From Zymomonas mobilis subsp. mobilis ATCC 10988 (GTDB lineage Bacteria; Pseudomonadota; Alphaproteobacteria; Sphingomonadales; Sphingomonadaceae): DNA of 32,000 nt. Of the stretch, positions 26,086 through 32,000 are shown one piece after another (within the stretch, counting starts at the first letter, position 1; each line of letters opens with the position of its first letter). The notes under the pieces are model-generated. The model made no database searches. It worked only from the letters and a program-made list of their open reading frames with translations, and had not been told where the DNA came from. The position numbers and the translations under genes were made by a program. The stretch spans positions 1,200,001 to 1,232,000 of the forward strand of contig NC_017262.1 in assembly GCF_000175255.2 (NCBI RefSeq), in the 5' to 3' direction.

Positions 26086-26781
26086 ATGGGTCATAAATCT
26101 AACCCGATCGGTATGCGGCTGCAGATTAATCGTACATGGGACAGCCGTTGGTTTGCCCAAGGTGGCGATTATGGCCAGCTGTTGCTTGAAGATATCAAGA
26201 TCCGCAAATTCATCATGAAAACGCTGCCGCAGGCAGCGATTTCGAAAGTGGTGATTGAGCGTCCGGCTAAATTATGCCGCATTTCAATTTATGCTGCCCG
26301 TCCCGGTGTTATCATCGGTAAAAAAGGCGCAGATATTGAAAAGCTGCGTAAGAAACTGGACTCCATGACTGAAAGTGGCGTTTCTCTGAATATCGTCGAA
26401 ATCCGTAAACCGGAAATCGATGCTCAGTTGGTCGCCCAGGGCATTGCCGATCAGCTTGAACGGCGTGTTGCTTTCCGGCGCGCGATGAAGCGTGCTGTTC
26501 AGTCTGCTCTGCGTCTTGGTGCTCAGGGCGTCAGAATCACTTGCGGTGGTCGTTTGGGTGGTGCTGAAATTGCCCGGACTGAATGGTATCGTGAAGGCCG
26601 TGTGCCGTTGCATACCTTGCGCGCAAATGTCGATTATGCCGAAGCTGAAGCGCATACCGCTTATGGTGTGTGTGGAATCAAGGTCTGGATCTTTAAGGGT
26701 GAAATCATGGCTCATGATCCCTTAGCCCAAGATCGGCTGATGGTAGAAGCTCAGACGTCGGGGGTCCGGCCGACGCGATAA
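26086..26781 (+). CDS. rpsC: 30S ribosomal protein S3
   Basis: [23 protein letters not shown]... has the canonical S3 N-terminus. The ORF track start at 26002 is an upstream extension inside rplV, and I trimmed it to ATG 26086. Confidence 0.97.
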   Translation: MGHKSNPIGMRLQINRTWDSRWFAQGGDYGQLLLEDIKIRKFIMKTLPQAAISKVVIERPAKLCRISIYAARPGVIIGKKGADIEKLRKKLDSMTESGVSLNIVEIRKPEIDAQLVAQGIADQLERRVAFRRAMKRAVQSALRLGAQGVRITCGGRLGGAEIARTEWYREGRVPLHTLRANVDYAEAEAHTAYGVCGIKVWIFKGEIMAHDPLAQDRLMVEAQTSGVRPTR

Positions 26782-26844
26782 GGGTAACTCCCTTATCAGC
26801 GTCGCCTGATCGACCGGATAATCGGTGTCAGAAGGCGAATTAAA

Positions 26845-27276
26845 ATGCTGCAACCGAAACGAACTAAATTTCGTAAGGCCCACAAGGGTCGTATTCATGG
26901 TAATGCACCTGGCGGTGCTACGCTTAATTTCGGTGCGTATGGTCTGAAGGCTATGGAGCCAGATCGGATTACCGCGCGCCAGATCGAAGCTGCTCGTCGT
27001 GCTATTACCCGTCATATCCGCCGTCAGGGACGGCTGTGGATCCGTATTTTCCCGGATGTTCCCGTTTCCAGCAAACCTGCTGAAGTCCGCATGGGCTCCG
27101 GTAAAGGTTCACCGGAATTCTGGGTCGCTCGTGTGAAACCCGGTCGGATTCTTTTTGAATTAGATGGTGTTCCTGGCCCGATCGCTCGCGTTGCTTTTGA
27201 ACGCGCCGCAGCGAAATTGCCCATCAAAGTGAAGGTCGTTGCCCGTTTGGGTGAGACCATATATGAAGAGGCCTAA
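26845..27276 (+). CDS. rplP: 50S ribosomal protein L16
   Basis: 143 aa. [19 protein letters not shown]... is typical of L16. Confidence 0.98.
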   Translation: MLQPKRTKFRKAHKGRIHGNAPGGATLNFGAYGLKAMEPDRITARQIEAARRAITRHIRRQGRLWIRIFPDVPVSSKPAEVRMGSGKGSPEFWVARVKPGRILFELDGVPGPIARVAFERAAAKLPIKVKVVARLGETIYEEA

Positions 27277-27278
27277 AT

Positions 27279-27482
27279 ATGGCGAAGATTGACGATCTCA
27301 AAGCAAAGAGTGACGATCAACTTGCCGTCGAGCTGGGTGAAATGAAGCGTGAGCAGTTCAATCTGCGTTTCCAGTCAGCCACTGGCCAGCTGGAAAAGCC
27401 CGCCCGGGTTCGCGAAGTGCGTCGCACTATTGCTCAGATTAAGACTTTACAGGCCGAGCGTCAGCGCTCGGCAACCAAGTAA
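27279..27482 (+). CDS. rpmC: 50S ribosomal protein L29
   Basis: 67 aa. The position and sequence (..[24 protein letters not shown]..) are typical of L29. Confidence 0.95.
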   Translation: MAKIDDLKAKSDDQLAVELGEMKREQFNLRFQSATGQLEKPARVREVRRTIAQIKTLQAERQRSATK

Positions 27483-27494
27483 GGATTTCTCATC

Positions 27495-27746
27495 ATGCCC
27501 AAACGTGTGCTGACGGGAACCGTGGTCTCTGATAAGACCGACAAAACGGTAGTGGTTTTGGTCGAGCGTAAAGTGAAACATCCCCTTTACGGTAAGATCA
27601 TCCGCTTGTCGAAAAAATATCATGCTCATGACGAGCAAAACGCCTATCATGAAGGCGAAACTGTGCGTATTGAAGAATGCGCGCCGATTTCGAAACTTAA
27701 ATCATGGCGTGTGCTTGAAAAAGCAGATAAAGCGTCTGCTGCTTAA
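27495..27746 (+). CDS. rpsQ: 30S ribosomal protein S17
   Basis: 83 aa. [34 protein letters not shown]... is typical of S17. Confidence 0.97.
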   Translation: MPKRVLTGTVVSDKTDKTVVVLVERKVKHPLYGKIIRLSKKYHAHDEQNAYHEGETVRIEECAPISKLKSWRVLEKADKASAA

Positions 27747-27814
27747 TTATTTAAGCTTGCAGGTATAGAGAGGCTTTCCCGGCTAGTCCGGGTTAAAAAG
27801 AAGGGTCTAATTAT

Positions 27815-28186
27815 ATGATCCAGATGCAAACGAACCTTGACGTTGCCGACAACAGCGGTGCGAAGAGGGTGCAGTGCATCAAGGTGCTGGGCGGTTCTAA
27901 GCGTCGTACCGCGACTGTTGGCGATGTCATCGTTGTATCAGTCAAGGAAGCCGCACCGCGCGGGCGCGTTAAGAAGGGTGACGTCCATCGTGCCGTTATC
28001 GTTCGCACTGCCAAAGATATTCATCGCGCCGATGGTTCGGTGATTCGTTTCGACGGTAATGCGGCTGTTCTGATCAATAAAACGAGTGGCGAACCTATTG
28101 GTACTCGTATTTTTGGTCCGGTGGTACGTGAGTTACGGGCGCGTAACCATATGAAAATTATTTCACTTGCGCCTGAGGTGTTGTAA
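27815..28186 (+). CDS. rplN: 50S ribosomal protein L14
   Basis: 123 aa. [27 protein letters not shown]... is typical of L14. Confidence 0.98.
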
Positions 28187-28503
28187 TGGCAGCTAAAATT
28201 AAAAAAGGTGATCGCGTGGTTATCTTGTCCGGCAAGGACAAAGGTAAGCATGGCGAAGTAACCCAGGCTCTGCCACAAGAAGGCAAGGTTATCGTTTCGG
28301 GTATCAATATTATTACCCGTCATCGTAAACCAAGCCAGGCTAACCCCCAGGGCGGGCTGGATCGTATGGAAGCGCCGATTGCTGCCTCTAAGGTTGCAAT
28401 CGAAGATCCGAAAACGGGTAAAGCCACCCGGGTCCGTTTTGATGTTCGCGATGGTAAGAAAGTACGCATCGCTGTAAAATCAGGGGAGACGATCAATGGC
28501 TAA
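28186..28503 (+). CDS. rplX: 50S ribosomal protein L24
   Basis: 105 aa. [21 protein letters not shown]... contains the KOW motif. Its start overlaps the rplN stop codon by 1 nt. Confidence 0.97.
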
Positions 28504-29074
28504 AGCCTATGTTCCGCGCCTGAAAAAGCAGTATGATGACGAGATCATCAAAGCAATGACCGAGAAATTCGGTTATAAAAATGCTTTTGAAGTCCCGAAA
28601 CTCACGAAAATCGTCCTGAATATGGGCGTTGGTGAAGCGACGCAGGACAAGAAAAAGGTTGACCAAGCCGCAGCTGAAATGGAGCTGATTGCTGGTCAGA
28701 AGCCTGTCGTCACCCGTGCAAAAAAATCCATTGCGCAGTTTAAATTGCGCGAAGGTATGCCGATCGGTGTCAAGGTAACGCTCCGTCGTGAACGTATGTT
28801 CGAGTTTCTCGATCGTTTTCTGACGATCGCGCTGCCTCGCGTGCGTGACTTCCGTGGATTGAACCCAAAATCCTTTGATGGTCGTGGCAACTATGCTACC
28901 GGTATCAAAGAACAGCTGATTTTCCCGGAAATTAGCTATGATCAGGTTTCCACCATCCGCGGTATGGATGTCGTTGTTGCCACTACGGCTAAGACGGATG
29001 AAGAAGCACGTGAATTGCTTCGTTTGTTCGGCTTTCCGTTCCCGGCTGACACTACACAGAAAAAGGCAGCCTGA
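28496..29074 (+). CDS. rplE: 50S ribosomal protein L5
   Basis: 192 aa with the L5 family sequence (..LNMGVGEA...[22 protein letters not shown]..). It overlaps the rplX stop codon by 8 nt. Confidence 0.97.
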
Positions 29075-29117
29075 TTTCATGAATCAGGCAGCTCTTTAAG
29101 GAAAGAGAACTTAAGTC

Positions 29118-29423
29118 ATGGCGAAACTGAGTTCGATTAACAAGAACGAAAAGCGCAAAAAAATGGCTAAAGCCTATGCCGGTAAATATTCTCGGTTAAA
29201 GGCTGCTGCCAATGACAAGAGCCTTGATGAGACGGATCGTCTTGTTGCACGGCTGAAAATGGCTGAATTGCCACGAAATGCGAATCCAACGCGTGTTCGC
29301 AATCGTTGTGCTTTAACCGGCCGCCCGCGCGGTTATTATCGTAAGTTCCAGCTCTGCCGCATCCAGTTGCGTGATCTGGCTAATAAAGGCCTGATTCCAG
29401 GCGTCACCAAGTCGAGCTGGTAA
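29118..29423 (+). CDS. rpsN: 30S ribosomal protein S14, long form
   Basis: 101 aa. It has ...[41 protein letters not shown]. Confidence 0.97.
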   Translation: MAKLSSINKNEKRKKMAKAYAGKYSRLKAAANDKSLDETDRLVARLKMAELPRNANPTRVRNRCALTGRPRGYYRKFQLCRIQLRDLANKGLIPGVTKSSW

Positions 29424-29436
29424 GGGGATATATAAA

Positions 29437-29832
29437 ATGGCATTGTCCGATCCTCTGGGTGATTTGCTCACCCGCATTCGCAACGGCCAGCATGCCCGCA
29501 AAGATAGCGTGGTATCTCCTGCCTCTAAATTACGTGTTCGCGTATTAGATGTGCTGGCACGTGAAGGCTATATTCGCGGTTATACTGAAGCCAAGCTTGG
29601 CAATCATGACGCACTGCGCATTGAGCTGAAATATTTTGAAGGCCAGCCGGCTATTCATCATCTGGCTCGTGTTTCAAAACCGGGTCGTCGTATCTATTCT
29701 GGTTCTCGCGAATTACCGCGTGTCCGTAATGGCCTTGGCATCACGATCGTTTCAACGCCGAAAGGTGTTCTTTCTGATGCAGAAGCCCGCGACCAGAATG
29801 TCGGCGGTGAAGTCCTTGCGGAGGTGTTCTGA
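29437..29832 (+). CDS. rpsH: 30S ribosomal protein S8
   Basis: 131 aa. [23 protein letters not shown]... is typical of S8. Confidence 0.98.
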   Translation: MALSDPLGDLLTRIRNGQHARKDSVVSPASKLRVRVLDVLAREGYIRGYTEAKLGNHDALRIELKYFEGQPAIHHLARVSKPGRRIYSGSRELPRVRNGLGITIVSTPKGVLSDAEARDQNVGGEVLAEVF

Positions 29833-30365
29833 TGAGCCGTATCGGTAAAAAACCGGTGGCTATCCCGACGGGCGTCACCGCAAATATTGCAGACGGTGTA
29901 CTTTCAGTAAAAGGCCCCAAAGGCGAGCTTTCTATGCCTTTGTCTTCTGAAGTGACCTATTCACTTGAAGATGGTCAGCTTTCTGTACAGCCTGTCAATG
30001 ACACGAAGCGTGCCCGCTCTTTCTGGGGTATGCAGCGTACATTGGTACAGAATCTGATCGATGGTGTGACTCAAGGTTATTCTAAAACCCTTCAGATCAC
30101 GGGTGTCGGTTATCGTGCTGCATCACAGGGTAAAACCCTGAAACTGCAGCTTGGCTACAGCCACGATATCGATTTTGCTATACCGGAAGGTATCACGATC
30201 CAGACGCCGGAACCAACGACTGTCAATATCTCTGGTATTGATAAGCAGAAAGTTGGTCAGGTCGCGGCTGAGATTCGTCGCTGGCGTCGTCCTGAGCCCT
30301 ATAAGGGTAAGGGTATCAAGTATGCCGGTGAGTTCATCTTCCGTAAGGAAGGGAAGAAGAAATAA
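29832..30365 (+). CDS. rplF: 50S ribosomal protein L6
   Basis: 177 aa. [15 protein letters not shown]... is typical of L6. Its start overlaps the rpsH stop codon by 1 nt (TGATG). Confidence 0.98.
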   Translation: MSRIGKKPVAIPTGVTANIADGVLSVKGPKGELSMPLSSEVTYSLEDGQLSVQPVNDTKRARSFWGMQRTLVQNLIDGVTQGYSKTLQITGVGYRAASQGKTLKLQLGYSHDIDFAIPEGITIQTPEPTTVNISGIDKQKVGQVAAEIRRWRRPEPYKGKGIKYAGEFIFRKEGKKK

Positions 30366-30721
30366 TGGCCAAAGGTCTTTCTCTTTTTGAACGGCGTCGT
30401 CAGCGGGTTCGTACCACGCTGCGTGCCAAGGGTAATCATCGTCCTCGTTTATCTGTTCACCGTTCTGGCCAGCATATTTATGCTCAGGTTATTGATGATG
30501 ATCAGAGACGCACCGTTGTTGCAGCTTCCACACTGGAAAAAGCTGTAAGAGACAAATCTGGTGCGACTGTTGCAGCTGCGGCTGAAACGGGTAAACGTTT
30601 AGCCGAACGCGCTTCAGCGGCTGGTATTACCAAGGTTGTATTCGACCGCGGGGGATTTTTGTTTCATGGGCGGGTAAAAGCTCTGGCTGATGCTGCCCGT
30701 GAAGGCGGATTGGAGTTCTAA
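30365..30721 (+). CDS. rplR: 50S ribosomal protein L18
   Basis: 118 aa. It has ..[18 protein letters not shown].. and ..[28 protein letters not shown]. Confidence 0.97.
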   Translation: MAKGLSLFERRRQRVRTTLRAKGNHRPRLSVHRSGQHIYAQVIDDDQRRTVVAASTLEKAVRDKSGATVAAAAETGKRLAERASAAGITKVVFDRGGFLFHGRVKALADAAREGGLEF

Positions 30722-31423
30722 ATGGCTAACGAAAGCGAAATCCAGAAAACGGAAAATGCCGAAGTTGCCAATGCTGCTAACGGCACCAATCCGAACAACG
30801 AACGTCGTGGTCGTGGTGGCCGTGGTCGTGGTGGTCGTGGCCGTGATGGTCGTGGTCGCCGTGATGACCGTCGCAACGAAGAAGCTGGTGAAGAGCTGAT
30901 TGAAAAGCTGGTTCACATTAACCGTGTTTCTAAGACGGTTAAAGGTGGTAAGCGCTTCGGTTTCGCCGCTTTGGTTGTTGTTGGTGACGGTAAAGGCCGC
31001 GTTGGCTTTGGTCATGGTAAAGCTCGCGAAGTGCCGGAAGCTATTTCCAAGGCAACTGCCGCAGCTAAAAAGACGATGATTCGCGTCCCGCTTCGTGAAG
31101 GTCGTACCTTGCATCATGATGGTCGTGGCCGTTTCGGTGCTGGTCTGGTCTATCTGCGTTCGGCACCGTCAGGTACCGGTATCATCGCTGGTGGTCCAAT
31201 GCGCGCCATCTTCGAAAGCCTTGGTGTTGCTGACGTCGTGACGAAGTCTGTTGGCACCAGCAACCCTTACAATATGATTCGTGCTACCTTTGAAGCACTG
31301 AACGATCAGAAAAGCCCGAAAGCCGTAGCCCAGCGCCGCGGTAAACGGATTGCTGATCTCTTCGGTCGCGGTGGTGCATCTGCAGCTAAGGCTGAAGCTG
31401 AAGCTGCTGCGGTTGTGGAGTAA
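30722..31423 (+). CDS. rpsE: 30S ribosomal protein S5 with an Arg/Gly-rich N-terminal extension and an Ala-rich C-terminal tail
   Basis: 233 aa. The S5 core ([50 protein letters not shown]...) is preceded by about 55 aa that include [24 protein letters not shown]. Confidence 0.96.
   Translation: MANESEIQKTENAEVANAANGTNPNNERRGRGGRGRGGRGRDGRGRRDDRRNEEAGEELIEKLVHINRVSKTVKGGKRFGFAALVVVGDGKGRVGFGHGKAREVPEAISKATAAAKKTMIRVPLREGRTLHHDGRGRFGAGLVYLRSAPSGTGIIAGGPMRAIFESLGVADVVTKSVGTSNPYNMIRATFEALNDQKSPKAVAQRRGKRIADLFGRGGASAAKAEAEAAAVVE
30806..30865 (+). repeat. Degenerating 15-nt tandem repeat, four units, encoding the RGRGG repeats inside rpsE
   Basis: The units are CGTGGTCGTGGTGGC, CGTGGTCGTGGTGGT, CGTGGCCGTGATGGT and CGTGGTCGCCGTGAT. 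Units 1 and 2 differ at 1 nt. Confidence 0.8.
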
Positions 31424-31430
31424 AAATGTG

Positions 31431-31607
31431 ATGGCAACTCTTAAAGTTACTCAGATTGGTTCTCCTATCCGTCGTAGCCCAGATCAGCGTGCAACGCTTA
31501 TTGGTCTTGGCCTCAACAAGATGCATCGCACCCGCGAATTGAAGGATACGCCCGATGTTCGGGGTATGCTTCGCAAGGTTGCTCATCTGGTTAAAGTTGA
31601 GAACTAA
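31431..31607 (+). CDS. rpmD: 50S ribosomal protein L30
   Basis: [41 protein letters not shown]... gives 58 aa. The ORF track start at 31350 lies inside rpsE and is spurious. Confidence 0.95.
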   Translation: MATLKVTQIGSPIRRSPDQRATLIGLGLNKMHRTRELKDTPDVRGMLRKVAHLVKVEN

Positions 31608-31640
31608 TCTTTTCCTTGTCTTTTGATAAGGAAATTGGCA

Positions 31641-31683
31641 AAGAACAGCGTCGTCTCGATAAGAGAGGCGCTGTTTTTGTTTT
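31641..31683 (+). terminator. Rho-independent terminator between rpmD and rplO
   Basis: AACAGCG (31644-31650) pairs with CGCTGTT (31669-31675). The inner arms TC/GTCTC and GAGAG/G add about 6 more bp around the 5-nt loop GATAA. The hairpin has an A-rich 5' flank and is followed by TTTTTGTTTT. Confidence 0.7.
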
Positions 31684-31711
31684 GGAAAGCTTTGATGCGC
31701 ATAGGCTTTCC
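31684..31711 (+). other. Second hairpin in the rpmD-rplO spacer
   Basis: GGAAAGC (31684-31690), a 14-nt loop, then GCTTTCC (31705-31711). Confidence 0.4.
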
Positions 31712-31757
31712 TTGAAAATTTTTCTGCGCGCCAAAAGCGAAAGCGAGTGCTTTTAAT

Positions 31758-32000
31758 ATGTCTTTTAAATTAAATAGTCTGAAAGATAACGCCGGTTCAC
31801 GCGTTGGTCGTGTCCGCGTTGGTCGCGGTATTGGTTCTGGTCTTGGTAAAACCGCTGGTCGCGGTCAAAAAGGTCAGAAAAGCCGTTCTGGTGTTTCGAT
31901 TAATGGTTTCGCTGGTGGACAGATGCCCATCTATATGCGTCTCCCGAAACGCGGCTTTAACAATGTTTTCAGCAAAGACTATGCTGAAGTTAACCTTGGC
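31758..32000 (+). CDS. rplO: 50S ribosomal protein L15. The N-terminal 81 codons are present and the 3' end lies beyond the window.
   Basis: Not in the ORF track because it runs off the edge. The hand translation from ATG 31758 is [69 protein letters not shown]..., which is typical of L15. Confidence 0.93.
   Translation, partial: MSFKLNSLKDNAGSRVGRVRVGRGIGSGLGKTAGRGQKGQKSRSGVSINGFAGGQMPIYMRLPKRGFNNVFSKDYAEVNLG

Noticed and set aside
28493-29080. 195-aa minus-strand ORF
   Set aside because: It is exactly antisense to rplE. It is a codon-bias artefact.
30614-31117. 167-aa minus-strand ORF with poly-Thr runs, and the 30690-30899 (+) ORF with poly-Val
   Set aside because: They are antisense or out-of-frame readings of the CGTGGT repeat in rpsE. 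They are artefacts of the tandem repeat.
1-32000. Window-wide search for CRISPR arrays, IS or transposon ends, integrases, phage genes, toxin-antitoxin pairs, and nuclease, helicase or ATPase defence modules
   Set aside because: None were found. There are no spaced direct-repeat arrays. Every ORF longer than 100 aa that is not an antisense artefact is assigned either to a housekeeping family or to the envelope glycosylation locus. The GNAT gene has no adjacent small antitoxin-like partner.

Overview
This is a 32-kb chromosomal core segment with 41 protein-coding genes called, two of them truncated by the window edges. I found no rRNA, tRNA, CRISPR array, IS element, integrase, phage gene, toxin-antitoxin pair or recognisable defence gene. 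The protein sequences, the moderately low GC content and the gene order E2 / YciA-like thioesterase / lpd look like Zymomonas mobilis or a close relative in the Sphingomonadales. That attribution is from memory and cannot be verified here.

Layout:
- 1-2034: divergent gph-like HAD phosphatase and glmU.
- 2216-10004: an envelope block. It holds a class A PBP, a 656-aa polytopic protein, a GtrA-like protein, a roughly 541-553-aa polytopic protein, and a GT2 polyprenyl-phosphate glycosyltransferase fused to a GtrA-like domain.
- 10111-13297: housekeeping and miscellaneous genes. These are an RluA-family pseudouridine synthase, arfB, an msrC-type GAF protein, a GNAT acetyltransferase, and a secreted RcnB-like protein with a polyproline tract.
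- 13577-17510: the pyruvate dehydrogenase E2 / thioesterase / E3 cluster, followed by a PAP2 phosphatase.
- 17909-32000: the str-S10-spc ribosomal protein cluster, from rpsL through the start of rplO.

The only plausible candidate for an uncharacterised system is the Gtr-like periplasmic glycosylation locus at 4355-10004, whose two large polytopic proteins have no assignable function. The other points worth a second look are regulatory. The ribosomal cluster contains unusually long, structured spacers: rpsJ-rplC is 314 nt and carries a terminator-like hairpin just before rplC, tuf-rpsJ carries tandem hairpins, and rpmD-rplO is 150 nt and carries a canonical intrinsic terminator. In addition, lpd and rpsN share a near-identical 25-nt translation-initiation region. 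Everything else is ordinary core genome. All structure calls were made by eye, without folding energies or database searches.
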